Below, in pieces: positions 42,644 to 52,554 of a stretch of 64,000 bases of DNA (positions are counted from its first letter, which is position 1; every line of letters starts with the position of its first letter). The notes under the pieces are model-generated. The model saw only the letters and a program-made list of their open reading frames with translations, had not been told where the DNA came from and did no database searches. Both the position numbers and the translations under genes were made by a program. Source of the stretch: an uncultured bacterium (GTDB lineage Bacteria; Verrucomicrobiota; Verrucomicrobiia; Limisphaerales; UBA8199); the NCBI GenBank assembly GCA_963749495.1, contig CAVVMW010000019.1, positions 96,001 to 160,000 on the forward strand, written 5' to 3'.

Positions 42644-43543
42644 CTATGGTTCCTGGCAGAGGAAGGCCCGGAAATCCCCTCGCAACGGGTGCAGCCAAAC
42701 CGTTTTGATGGGAGCGGCCTGGTCGTGGGTCCGATCATTGCGGCCTCGTCCAAGGGTTTGCCCAACGCAAATCCAATTGGCAGCCGCGTAGGCCGTCCCG
42801 GCAAAGCGCTGCTTTTCCACGAACGTTTCGACCAGAGCCAAGTCATGACCGTAAACCCTTGGCCAATCGCCCGGAAGCTGGCGCACGGCCCTGCCCAATA
42901 GATACGAAGCCAGGCACTTGATTTGAACCCAGGGAAGAACAACGAAACGGTCGTTGTTGACCACCCACCGAAGGTTTTGCTGCCGCGCTTGCGCCGACCA
43001 ACCAATGAACTGATCGCGGGCCCCGATCTTCCAGGCGGCCGGACCAAAGCTCAGGCAGGCAATCGGGCGCTCCTGGAAGTAAGCAATATATCGGAGTTGC
43101 GCTCCGGTGGCCTGTTGATAGCCCAGGTAGTGATACGTTCCGACCAGTCCACGGTAGAGGGCCAACTGCTGGGACGGCTCGACTAACTGAAGGCCGATCT
43201 GGTTTTGGAACTCGCGCAGCCTGCCCGTCAACGGCAGGCAATCCAGTAGCTCGGGGGTCGAGCTTCGGTTGCGATAACCTGCTCGTCGGGCCTCGCAGAG
43301 CTTCGGAGGCAACTCGATCAGTCCGTGCGCTTCCAGCCGACGGAGCAGTTCGCGGCAGGCAATCTGACGAAAGCGCCCATTGGCTTGGCGCCAGTTCCAC
43401 ATCTCGCAGAGGCGATTGGAAATATGGCTGCGTCCCTGGGCTCCCTCCTCCTCAATCAACTGTCGGATGAGCAGCAGGTCGGCTTCCCGAATAACCCGGC
43501 GCCTAATCACTAAATCCTGGTCCACAGCCACGTACCCTAACAA
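42644..43543 (-). CDS. DUF4338 (Druantia DruA-like) protein inside the IS
   Basis: HYLGY, RDQFIGW, VNNDRF..LPW, LASYLL, YG...ETFV and FAGT.Y.AANW..G.T.GRG. Start may be GTG at 43525. Confidence 0.8.
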   Translation of the reverse strand: MLGYVAVDQDLVIRRRVIREADLLLIRQLIEEEGAQGRSHISNRLCEMWNWRQANGRFRQIACRELLRRLEAHGLIELPPKLCEARRAGYRNRSSTPELLDCLPLTGRLREFQNQIGLQLVEPSQQLALYRGLVGTYHYLGYQQATGAQLRYIAYFQERPIACLSFGPAAWKIGARDQFIGWSAQARQQNLRWVVNNDRFVVLPWVQIKCLASYLLGRAVRQLPGDWPRVYGHDLALVETFVEKQRFAGTAYAAANWICVGQTLGRGRNDRTHDQAAPIKTVWLHPLRGDFRAFLCQEP

Positions 43544-43626
43544 GGGCCGCTCCGTGACGCCAGCAAAATCTACGGCCTGCTCAGATCATGTGCTCAAGCG
43601 GTGCGTCGAAACCCGTGAACGGTTAC

Positions 43627-44182
43627 GGAAGGGTTGCAGCAGATCGAAGGGGCCATCGGGCAGATTACTGCGCCGCTTCGCGGATTCATTCATTGTGCGG
43701 CTATCGGCACCCACCGCCCATTTTCCGAACTTACCGCGCGCCATCTGGATTGGACTCTCGCGCTGAATGTGCGGGCCTTCTTCGAATTGGCAAAGAGGCT
43801 TATGCCGAGACTTGGCAACGGTTCGAGCCTTGTCACCATCAGTTCCCCCGGCGCGATGCGTGCCGTGCCCGACTATGCTGTGGTCGGCGCCTCGAAGGGT
43901 GCGCTGGAATCGCTCGCCCGCCATTTGGCCGCCGAGCTTGCGCCGCAGGGAATTCGAGTCAATGTGATCGCTCCCGGAGCGGTCGCAACCGATGCCTGGA
44001 AGGCGATTCCGCAGGGGGCAGCGAGGCTTGCGGAGGCAGCCAGCCGGTCGCCGATGCGGCGGTTGGTCACGCCGGAAGAGGTCGCTTTGGCTGTGCAGTT
44101 CTTGTGTTCGTCGGCGGCTGCCGGCATAAATGGCCACACCTTGGTGGTGGATGGCGGGGCCAGCATAGCTGCCTGGTGCTGA
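43627..44182 (+). pseudogene. 3' part of the interrupted FabL-like SDR
   Basis: LQQIE..HCAA.G, YAVVGASK, GIRVNVIAPG and GHTLVVDGG. In frame with 40863 once the IS and one target copy are removed. Confidence 0.9.
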
Positions 44183-44288
44183 CTTCGGGAACAACTTTGT
44201 CCCGGATGTCGTGTGGAGATGTTAATGGCAGTGAGCGAGTTCCTGTCGCCCCCGCTGGGCACAGGCGAAGTGGAAAGAGCAATCACAT

Positions 44289-44537
44289 ATGGAGAATCTA
44301 TTGATAAAAGTGCAAGAGGCCATCAAGGCCGCGTTTGATGTCGATCCGCAGTCCGTCACCATCAACACCACCCCGAAAGACATTCCCGCGTGGGATTCCA
44401 TGGGGCATATTGTTTTGGTGAGCAGTTTGGAGCGCGCGTTTGGCCTGAGTTTCGACGTGGACGAAGTAATGGAAATGGAGAACGTGCGCCAGATCGTCAG
44501 GATCGTCGAGACCAAGCTGGCGGCGGAGCCAGCGTGA
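44289..44537 (+). CDS. Acyl carrier protein
   Basis: 82 aa, acidic, WDSMGH phosphopantetheine serine. Confidence 0.9.
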   Translation: MENLLIKVQEAIKAAFDVDPQSVTINTTPKDIPAWDSMGHIVLVSSLERAFGLSFDVDEVMEMENVRQIVRIVETKLAAEPA

Positions 44538-44592
44538 GCGCTCCGGGCTGGCAAGTCGTGGGTAGCCGCCCCGGTGCGGGGACGCCCTCTTG

Positions 44593-46059
44593 ATGAAGAA
44601 ATCTTCGGAGCTAAACTTCGCAGGCCGGCTGGTTCGCCGGTTCGGGCCCAACTCGTGTCTCATCAACGCGGCGACTGGCGAGACTGTGCCGCTCCAGGCC
44701 CTTTGCTCGTCGGTCGCGGGGTTTGCCGCCGGGTTTTTGGCGGCCGGCTTGGAGCCGGGTGACCGCATCCTGATCGGCTGCAGTCTCAGTCCCGCCAGCA
44801 CCTTGGCCTACGTAGGTGCGATGTACGCCGGTTTGGTGCCGGTGCCGATTGAGGACCGGGTCCTTTCCCTGTCGGGCGGGCCGGTTTGCGAAACGGCCAG
44901 GGCGCGAGCGGTTTGGACGGCAAAGGAAACCAAGTGCGAGTGGGTTGAGCAGCTTGGCTTGAGGCAGTTTGTGGGCGGCTTCGAAGCCCTCTCGATTGAC
45001 TCGGTCCTTCCGCAGCCGTGCGCCGCCGACGATCTGGCGGCTTTGATGCCCACTTCCGGCTCAACGGGAACGCCGCGCCTGGTAATGGTCACGCATGGGA
45101 ACCTGGCGGCCAACACAGTGGCCATCATCCGCAGCCAGCATCTCGGGCCGGACGAGCGCGCGATGCTGATTTTGCCCGTGAGTTACTGCTTCGGGGCGAG
45201 TGTGCTGCAGACGCATTTGTACCAAGGCGGCAGCATCGTGTTTGACTCGCGCTTCATGTTTCCCGACAAAGTGCTCCGGGCGATCAACACTCACCGTTGC
45301 ACCACGTTCGCCGGCGTGCCCACCGTGTATAACGTTCTGCTGGGCAGGTCCAATCTCCGCTCGATCCCGCTGCCGGGCCTGCGCCGTTTCCTGCAGGCGG
45401 GCGGCGCGCTGGCCCCGAAGAGCGTGCAGGCGATGCGCGAGATTGTTCCCACCGCCCAGTTCTACGTCATGTATGGCCAGACCGAAGCGACGGCGCGCAT
45501 CAGTTGCCTGCCCCCCGAACGGTTGGCTGAAAAATTGGGCAGCGCCGGGTTGCCGCTGGACAACCTGCAGGTGCGAATCGCCGATGATCCGGGTCGGGAG
45601 GTTCCGGCGGGCCAAACCGGAGAAATCTGGGTCAGGGGCCCGTCGGTTTGCGCTGGTTATTTCAACGATGGGGAGGAGGCCGGCCGCAAGTTCCAGAATG
45701 GCTGGCTCAGGACCGGGGACATGGCGCGGGTCGATGCCGAGGGGTATCTGTGGATTACGGGACGCAAGGCCGACTTCATGAAAATCCGAGGCGTCCGGGT
45801 AAGCTTCGCAGAAGTCGAGGCAAGAGTAGCGCAAGTTCCCGGGGTTTACGAGTGTGCGGCGACCTCCAAGGCGCATGGCGAAGCGGGCGAGGCGATTTCG
45901 CTCTTTATCGTTCCGACCGGGGGGGCAAGCGATGTGCCCGAGCGGGTGCGCAGTGCGCTGCCGCCTCATTGGACATGCGCCGAGGTCAACCTGGTTGCGG
46001 AATTGCCCAAGACCTCGAGCGGCAAAGTTGCCCGGCACCTTTTGGGGGCTGCAGTATGA
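44593..46059 (+). CDS. AMP-dependent acyl-CoA/ACP ligase
   Basis: PTSGSTGTPR, YGQTE, LRTGD, GRKADF and LPKTSSGK motifs. Confidence 0.9.
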   Translation: MKKSSELNFAGRLVRRFGPNSCLINAATGETVPLQALCSSVAGFAAGFLAAGLEPGDRILIGCSLSPASTLAYVGAMYAGLVPVPIEDRVLSLSGGPVCETARARAVWTAKETKCEWVEQLGLRQFVGGFEALSIDSVLPQPCAADDLAALMPTSGSTGTPRLVMVTHGNLAANTVAIIRSQHLGPDERAMLILPVSYCFGASVLQTHLYQGGSIVFDSRFMFPDKVLRAINTHRCTTFAGVPTVYNVLLGRSNLRSIPLPGLRRFLQAGGALAPKSVQAMREIVPTAQFYVMYGQTEATARISCLPPERLAEKLGSAGLPLDNLQVRIADDPGREVPAGQTGEIWVRGPSVCAGYFNDGEEAGRKFQNGWLRTGDMARVDAEGYLWITGRKADFMKIRGVRVSFAEVEARVAQVPGVYECAATSKAHGEAGEAISLFIVPTGGASDVPERVRSALPPHWTCAEVNLVAELPKTSSGKVARHLLGAAV

Positions 46060-47209
46060 ACTCATCGACCGACCTTGAAGCCAGCATCGAGGCCTTGCTG
46101 GCGGTTCCCCCTTACCAGGCGGAGCCGAGGCAGCACGAGTTGGCCTTGATGGGAGTGCTCAGGCAGGCCCTGGCTTACGCCTGCGAGCGCAATCCGCGCT
46201 ATCGCAATTACGTCGAACGGTGGCCGGCAGACTACCGAACCGCCCAACGCCTGGCCGACCTGCCCTTCCTGCCGGTCAGCGTGTTCAAAGCCGATCCACC
46301 CCTGGCCCTGATCGACCCTGGGGACGTTACCCGGACGCTGACCTCCAGCGCCACCACCGGCCAGGTGCCAAGCCGCGTCGTTCTGGACGCGGGGACCTCC
46401 AGACGGATGACCAAAGGGGTTACGGCGATCATCCGAGACTTTATCGGCCCGGCGCGCCGGCCCTACCTGGTGATTGATGCGCCCGAAACGCTGTCAGGAG
46501 CCGGCCCGTTGGGGCTCGCGGGGCCGCCATCCAGGGCCTCCGCTCCTTTGCCACCGAAATCGTCTGCTGTCTGCGCAACGATCCCTCCGGAAAGCTGGAG
46601 CTCGACATGGAAAGACTGAAGGAGTGCGCGGCCAGATGGAAGGGCCTGGAAGTTCTCGTGTACGGCTTTACGTATGTGATTTGGAATTCGTTTGTGAGTG
46701 CCTTGGAGTCCAGAGGCGTTACGCTCGACATGCCCAAGGTCCGCGTTCTCCATAGCGGCGGCTGGAAGCGCCTGGAGAGTCAGGCGGTAACCCGCGACGT
46801 TTTTTCCCGCGGAGTGGCCTCTGCCTTTGGTTGTTCGTGTGACCGGGTCATCGATTTTTATGGCATGGTCGAAAATGTGGGCGTGGTGTATCCCGATTGC
46901 GATTACGGCCACAAGCATGTGCCTGCCTTCGCCGATGTGGTGGTGAGAGACCCCTTGACACTCGACCCGGTGGGAGCCGGCCAGCAGGGCTTAATCCAGG
47001 TGTGCAGCGTGTTGCCAACGAGTTTTCCCGGATTCCTGTTGCTCAGCGAGGACCTGGCTCAGATTGCGGGGCCTGACGGGTGCCCCTGCGGCAGACGTGG
47101 TGTTTACTTTCGCTTCATTGGCCGCGCGCCCAAGGCGGAGGTCCGTGGCTGCGGCAACCTGGAGGCCAGCCGGGGGCGGTCGAGGGCAGACGCGGCGACT
47201 CATGAATGA
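46056..47209 (+). CDS. LuxE-like acyl-protein synthetase (1-nt deletion in G-run 46511-46514)
   Basis: LPFLPVSVFK, TSSATTG, HSGGWK, FYGMVE, LSEDL, CPCGR.G.F and EVRGC. Adding one G restores LGARGAAIQG. Confidence 0.85.
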
Positions 47210-48455
47210 CCCTGTCCAAACTGTGGATTCGCCACAGGAAATCCTCGGGGCTGCAGAGCGGCTCCGGCGGGTCTTCCTGGAAAAGGACCTTTCTCCAGGC
47301 GCGGTGTTGAGCGTTTTCGAGCGCTGGTCTGTTGGCCTGGAACCAGGCGGATTGGATGTGCCAGGCGTGCCGTTTCTCCGGTTGTGGCTGCGGCGTGGCA
47401 CGCTCGAGCCGATCCTCCAGCGCGAACTGGGCCCCGGTTCGCTCAACTGCGGATGGCAGACCGTTGGACAGGCCAGGCTCCGGGCGTTCGCTTTGGGTGT
47501 CATCGGCCATTGGCCGGCCGGGAACATTGAGATTCAGCCGCTTCTTTCAATGTCCTGCGCCTTGATCGGCGGCAATGTTTGTCTGGTTCGCGTGCCGCGG
47601 GACCTGGTTCCGACCACGCGGGATTTGATGCTGCGCCTCAATGAGGCCGATGAGGCCGGCGTGTTGGTTGAGCGTGTTGCCTTGGTGGCCTTTGATCGCG
47701 ATCGGCTCGACCTGCACGAGGCCATGGCCAAAGCAGTTGACGGGGCTATGATTTGGGGCGGCGCCGAGGCCGTCTCGCGAGTCCGCGCGTTGCCTTTCCC
47801 GCATTGGACGCGTCTGGCCGTTTTCGGCCCGCGCCTTTCGGTCGCGGCTATGGACGCAGCATCCTGGAATGACCCGGCCGCCCGGCCGGCCTGGTGCCAG
47901 CGCATCGCCCGCAACGTGTGGCAGTTCGATCAACAGGCCTGCTCCTCGCCACAGGCGCTCTTTCTTGAGCGAGATCCCGCTGGCAGCATCACGGAGTTCG
48001 TCGAAGAACTCAGACGGGCTTTCCAGGAGGAGAATCGAGCCCATCCACGCCGGGAGATCCATCCCTCATTGACTTCCGCGATCTGCCTGGCCCGTGCCTC
48101 ATGGCTTCTTGAGGCCACTGGCCATCGGGCATTCTTCCCGGGGTCGCCCGATTGGACCATCCTCCTAGGGTCGGGAGCTGACATCCCCAAGCCGACGCAG
48201 GGACGAACGCTCAGTGTGCTGGTGGTGGACGATTTGCTGGAGGCGATCTCGAAATTCGACGGAACCGTACAAACCTTGGGTTTGGCCGTTGCTGATGCTC
48301 AAAAGGAAGAGGCCTTGGCCGAGGCGGCCGGCCGCAACGGAGTGGACAGAATTGTGAAGCTGGGCCGGATGCACGTCTTCGGTTCCCCCTGGGACGGTGC
48401 TGACCTGATTCGGGCAATGGTGCGCCTTGTCCGGCATGTGCCTTCACAAAACTGA
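47202..48455 (+). CDS. LuxC-like acyl-CoA/acyl-protein reductase
   Basis: H.PAGNI, IWGGAEA, FGPRLS, FDQQACSSPQ (catalytic Cys), GVDRIV..G and WDG. Confidence 0.85.
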   Translation: MNDPVQTVDSPQEILGAAERLRRVFLEKDLSPGAVLSVFERWSVGLEPGGLDVPGVPFLRLWLRRGTLEPILQRELGPGSLNCGWQTVGQARLRAFALGVIGHWPAGNIEIQPLLSMSCALIGGNVCLVRVPRDLVPTTRDLMLRLNEADEAGVLVERVALVAFDRDRLDLHEAMAKAVDGAMIWGGAEAVSRVRALPFPHWTRLAVFGPRLSVAAMDAASWNDPAARPAWCQRIARNVWQFDQQACSSPQALFLERDPAGSITEFVEELRRAFQEENRAHPRREIHPSLTSAICLARASWLLEATGHRAFFPGSPDWTILLGSGADIPKPTQGRTLSVLVVDDLLEAISKFDGTVQTLGLAVADAQKEEALAEAAGRNGVDRIVKLGRMHVFGSPWDGADLIRAMVRLVRHVPSQN

Positions 48456-48491
48456 CGATACGAAGCCGCAAAGGCACATAGGATTGTCAAG

Positions 48492-49391
48492 ATGAAACAA
48501 GCACAAGCGTTTTTGGAAGCCTTGGACCGGAAGGCGAGGATGGTTGCGCCTCGCGCGCGAGCGACTTTCGAGGCGAACCCGGAGTTATGCTCGTGGCTCT
48601 TGAATCCCCTGGCGCGATGGGCCCAAAGCGCCTATGGGGAGAGAGCCTTTGACGATGCCGCCCGTGGTTATGCCAGGTATTGCTTCGGCGTCGCCCAGGC
48701 TCAGCAGGTTTATGAGCGGGCAGGGCGATACACCCCCGAGGCCATGCCCGAGATAATGTCCGAGGTTTACGAGGACGAGGGCTACATGGTGCCGTATATG
48801 TGGGCGGCGATTCTCATCTATGCGTTTTGGCCCTCCATGGTTCACCATATCGCGCTGTTCCGGGACCAGTTCCTGCGGCGTCTGCCAAAAAACTCGCGGG
48901 TGCTTGAGTTGGCCTCCGGGCACGGAGTCCTCAGCCTGTTGGCCGCCGAGGAGCGCCCTGATATTGAGGTGGAAGGCACGGACATCAGCCCGCCGGCGGT
49001 TGCTGTGGCAAATCGTCTCCTGAGTGCGTCAGGCCACACGTGCAGGGTCAGTTTCGCAACGAAAGATGCCCTGCAAACTGACGATGCCGCTGCCGCAGGG
49101 CGATACCAGGGCGTGATCTCCGCCATGCTTGCGGAGCACTTGCCTGATCCTAAACCCCTCTTTACCGCCATGAGCCGGCTGGTCGCCCCCGACGGCCTGG
49201 TGTTCTTCAGTACCGCGCTTGAATCGGCGCAACGCGACCATGTCTATGAATTCAACCACGAGAGCCAGCCGCTGCAGATGGCCGAGGCGGCGGCTTTGCG
49301 CGTGTCTTGCCTGGTGTCCGACGCCGCTACCCCACCGGCCGGGACCCGCTTTCTGCCTCGTGCCACCGCGATGATCCTGCGCCGGCGTTAA
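48492..49391 (+). CDS. Class I SAM-dependent methyltransferase
   Basis: VLELASGHG, GTDIS and AEHLPDP motifs. Confidence 0.8.
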   Translation: MKQAQAFLEALDRKARMVAPRARATFEANPELCSWLLNPLARWAQSAYGERAFDDAARGYARYCFGVAQAQQVYERAGRYTPEAMPEIMSEVYEDEGYMVPYMWAAILIYAFWPSMVHHIALFRDQFLRRLPKNSRVLELASGHGVLSLLAAEERPDIEVEGTDISPPAVAVANRLLSASGHTCRVSFATKDALQTDDAAAAGRYQGVISAMLAEHLPDPKPLFTAMSRLVAPDGLVFFSTALESAQRDHVYEFNHESQPLQMAEAAALRVSCLVSDAATPPAGTRFLPRATAMILRRR

Positions 49392-49436
49392 GGGACTCAG
49401 AACGGAGAACTTCCCCGAGGACCGGCACGATAACCG

Positions 49437-49904
49437 ATGTTGCAGACCATGATGACATTCGAAGAGATTCGAGCCATCCTGCACCAGCGATTTCCGCTCC
49501 TCATGGTTGACCGGGTACTGGATCTGGAGCCGGGCCAGCGTATCACGGCGCTTAAGAACGTGACGGGGAACGAGATTCAATTCCTCGGCCACTTCCCGGA
49601 ATTGGCCGTGACCCCTGGCACGTTGATTGTCGAGGCGATGGGGCAGGCTGCCTCGATACTCTTCGCCAAGAGCACACGCGCCGAACAGCTACCCGGCGAG
49701 TTTCTCGTCCTGGGCGCCATAACTGACATGCGCTTCCTCGTCCCCGTGGTCCCGGGAGACACCATGGAGATCGTGGTCCAGGCCGTCAAATTCGCCGGCG
49801 ACCTCGCGCTGGTCGAGGGAAGCGTCACGGTTGCGGGGAGGGTCGTGGCCAAAGGCAAGCTGGGGTTTGCCCGGCGCAAATGGCAAGCTGGCGACCACCC
49901 ATGA
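49437..49904 (+). CDS. fabZ: 3-hydroxyacyl-ACP dehydratase, copy 1
   Basis: RFPLLMVDRV, KNVT.NE..F.GHFP, PG.LIVEAMGQ and F..PVVPGD. Confidence 0.88.
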   Translation: MLQTMMTFEEIRAILHQRFPLLMVDRVLDLEPGQRITALKNVTGNEIQFLGHFPELAVTPGTLIVEAMGQAASILFAKSTRAEQLPGEFLVLGAITDMRFLVPVVPGDTMEIVVQAVKFAGDLALVEGSVTVAGRVVAKGKLGFARRKWQAGDHP

Positions 49905-50035
49905 GTCTGCGCTTTTCGCTCCACAACGCGGTCGCATCTGACGAACAGAGCGCACGACAGCCCCGCGAAAATCGCGAAAGAAACCCACTCACGGGCAATT
50001 GATGCCTATGTGTACTCCGGCCCAAGCTCCTGCTT

Positions 50036-50476
50036 ATGACCTTGGAATTTGAAGCGGTTCGGAAACATCTAAAACAACGATTTCCATTTATCATGGTGGA
50101 CCGGGTTTTGGAGTTGGAGCCGGGCCAGCGAATTGTGACTATCAAGAACGTGTCCGGCAACGAGATCCAATTTCTGGGGCACTTCCCCGAGTTTGCGGTC
50201 ATGCCCGGCACCTGGATCATCGAAGCGATCGGCCAAAGCGCCTCGATCTTGTTCACATTTACTACCGGCCTGGGAATGAAGCCCGCAGAATTCCTGGTCT
50301 TTGGCGGCATAACCAACATGCGGTTCCTGGCACCAGTGCTGCCGGGCCATACCATGACGATCGAGGTGAAGGTGGTAAAGCTGGTGGAACATGCGGCCCT
50401 GGTTGAAGGATTTGTGAGGGTAAACGATATCCTGGCGGCCCAAGGCAAGCTGAGCTTCGCGCGAAAAGAACTGTGA
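50036..50476 (+). CDS. fabZ: 3-hydroxyacyl-ACP dehydratase, copy 2
   Basis: RFPFIMVDRV, FLGHFP and MPG.WIIEAIGQ. Confidence 0.88.
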   Translation: MTLEFEAVRKHLKQRFPFIMVDRVLELEPGQRIVTIKNVSGNEIQFLGHFPEFAVMPGTWIIEAIGQSASILFTFTTGLGMKPAEFLVFGGITNMRFLAPVLPGHTMTIEVKVVKLVEHAALVEGFVRVNDILAAQGKLSFARKEL

Positions 50477-50523
50477 GGCAGGTTATCATCATCAGTAGTG
50501 TCATTTTGCATTAGTCGCCACTT

Positions 50524-50754
50524 ATGACGAGAGACGAGTTTCATTCTGAACTAGGTAATCTGCTCGGACTTGAATCGGACCAAATTCAAGGCCATGAAAA
50601 ATTGGCGGAACTGATGGGCTGGGATTCCATAGCCGGGCTTTTGTTCCTTGCCATGGCCGATTCGAAGCTGGGAGTCGTGGTGCCCCCGAGCGACTTGGTC
50701 GCCTGCAAAACTGTCGAGGACCTCGTGAAACTGTTTCCTGGTAAAATCTCTTAG
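50524..50754 (+). CDS. Acyl carrier protein, second type
   Basis: 76 aa, WDSIA serine motif, TVEDLV. Confidence 0.85.
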   Translation: MTRDEFHSELGNLLGLESDQIQGHEKLAELMGWDSIAGLLFLAMADSKLGVVVPPSDLVACKTVEDLVKLFPGKIS

Positions 50755-50782
50755 CCCCGCGGCAGGCCAGAAAGCGTTATTT

Positions 50783-51844
50783 ATGCCCGATCTCAGCATA
50801 GCCGGCACGGCGATCAAAGGCATCGCTTCGGCAGTGCCGCTTGACCAGAAACCCATTCAGGAGGTTGTCGAACGGTTTGGTGCGGAGGAAACCAGAAAGA
50901 TCCTTTTAAACACAGGCGTGCGCCTGCGGCGGGTGGCGCGGCCGGGCGTGTGCGCTTCGGATTTATGTTTCGCGGCGGCCCAAGCGTTGCTCAAGGGCCT
51001 GGCTTGGGACCCGGCTACGATCGAGGCGCTGGTGCTCGTCTCCCAGTCGTTCGATTATCCCGCGCCCGCCACGAGCTGCATTTTGCAGCAACGGCTGGGG
51101 TTGCCCAAATCATGCGCGGCGTTCGACGTAGCATTGGGCTGTTCGGGATACGTCTATGGGTTATGGATCGGGACGGCATTAATCGCCGGCGGGTGCCGCC
51201 GCGTATTGCTGCTGGCTGGGGATGTATCAAGCCGATTCGCTTCCCCATACGACCATACGACAATGCCGCTTTTCGGCGACGCCGGCTCGGCCACCGCGCT
51301 GGAGAAAGACAGTTCGGGTTTGATGCATTTTACCTTGGGAACCGATGGCACCGGCCATAGACATCTTATCATGAAATCCGGCGGGGCGTGGTCCCGATTG
51401 CCCCGCACGGCTGAAACCATGACCCGCACGAAACAGCCGGACGGGATCATTCGCAGCGATGAAGATCTTTACATGAATGGGATGGAAGTGTTCGCGTTTA
51501 CTCTGCGCGAAGTGCCACCGATGATTGCCGCCATATTGAAACGTTCGCAGTGGGACAAGAACCAGGTGGATGCTTATTACTTTCACCAGGCGAATCAGTT
51601 TATGTTGGATTACCTGGCGAAACGTATCGGGCTCCCGTTGGACAGAGTTCCCATGGTTTTGGAGCACTTTGGCAATACCAGCTCGGCTTCCATCCCCTTA
51701 GCCATGACTCACTGCGGGCGCGAAAACCTGACCACGCGAAAGCAAAAAGTGGTATTAGCCGGTTTTGGCGTGGGGTATTCCTGGGCAACGGCAGCCTTGG
51801 AACTGGGGCCCATCGTGATGCCAGCCCTGGAGGAGGTTCCTTGA
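50783..51844 (+). CDS. fabH: 3-oxoacyl-ACP synthase III family
   Basis: Cys-His-Asn triad: LGCSG, FHQAN, FGNTSS; also GFGVG.SW. Confidence 0.9.
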   Translation: MPDLSIAGTAIKGIASAVPLDQKPIQEVVERFGAEETRKILLNTGVRLRRVARPGVCASDLCFAAAQALLKGLAWDPATIEALVLVSQSFDYPAPATSCILQQRLGLPKSCAAFDVALGCSGYVYGLWIGTALIAGGCRRVLLLAGDVSSRFASPYDHTTMPLFGDAGSATALEKDSSGLMHFTLGTDGTGHRHLIMKSGGAWSRLPRTAETMTRTKQPDGIIRSDEDLYMNGMEVFAFTLREVPPMIAAILKRSQWDKNQVDAYYFHQANQFMLDYLAKRIGLPLDRVPMVLEHFGNTSSASIPLAMTHCGRENLTTRKQKVVLAGFGVGYSWATAALELGPIVMPALEEVP

Positions 51845-51884
51845 TTAGGTCAGATAATACACGGAGGGGTATTCACTGTTGAGG

Positions 51885-52433
51885 ATGAAGAGCATTCTTA
51901 GGAGATCGTTTAACAGGTTGCTGCACGCGATCGCTCGCATCTCTCCGGGTGCCATGACGCTCCGTCCATGGCTGCACCGGATGCGCGGCGTGAAAATCGG
52001 CAAGAATGTGTGGATCGGCGATGACGTTTACTTGGAAAACGAGTATCCGGAAGGCGTGGAACTCCAAGAAGGAGTAGTGCTCAGCCTCCGCTCCGTTATC
52101 ATTGCGCATACGCGCGGCAGTGGCCGTATCGTGATTGAGCGTTTTGCATATATTGGGCCTGCCGCCGTGGTGATTTGCGAAGCTGACCGGACCCTGCGGA
52201 TTGGGGAAGGCTCGGTAATTTGCACAGGAGCCGTGGTAGCCGCCAGCGTGGCTCCACGCATGGTGATTGCCCCTCCTAGATCGATGCCGATGGCTAAAGC
52301 CGGCATTCCCTTTGGCTTGGCCCGGTCGGTCAAGGAGTTCATGGCACGTCTGGAGCCCCTCAAGCGCAGGCCGCCAAACGACGCCAACAATTGCGAGCCC
52401 AGCCCCGGCGCACCCCCAGCCCTTAACCCGTGA
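51885..52433 (+). CDS. Hexapeptide-repeat (LbH) acyltransferase
   Basis: GVKIGKNVWIGDDV, IERFAYIG and IGEGSVICTGAVV repeats. Confidence 0.8.
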   Translation: MKSILRRSFNRLLHAIARISPGAMTLRPWLHRMRGVKIGKNVWIGDDVYLENEYPEGVELQEGVVLSLRSVIIAHTRGSGRIVIERFAYIGPAAVVICEADRTLRIGEGSVICTGAVVAASVAPRMVIAPPRSMPMAKAGIPFGLARSVKEFMARLEPLKRRPPNDANNCEPSPGAPPALNP

Positions 52434-52554
52434 CCACGGTGCGTTGAGGAGGGCGGCCCTTGCTTGATCCTTTTGTAAGGGAACATGCTCCCGCCCCGAT
52501 CCTTTTCCCCAGTCCGGATCGATGCCCAGCAAAGCAATAAGACCAGCCGTCAGC

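Larger units (their letters stand above)
41083..43626 (-). mobile_element. Complete IS66-family element, 2,544 bp
   Basis: 17-bp terminal inverted repeats GTAACCGTTCACAGGTT (41083-41099) and AACCCGTGAACGGTTAC (43610-43626), 1 mismatch. Perfect 8-bp target duplication GGAAGGGT at 41075-41082 and 43627-43634. Confidence 0.95.

Noticed and set aside
42644..43543. Druantia defence system
   Set aside because: Only a DruA-like ORF is present, inside IS ends; no DruE helicase or other dru genes.
46056..48455. Bioluminescence operon
   Set aside because: No luxA, luxB or luxD in the window.
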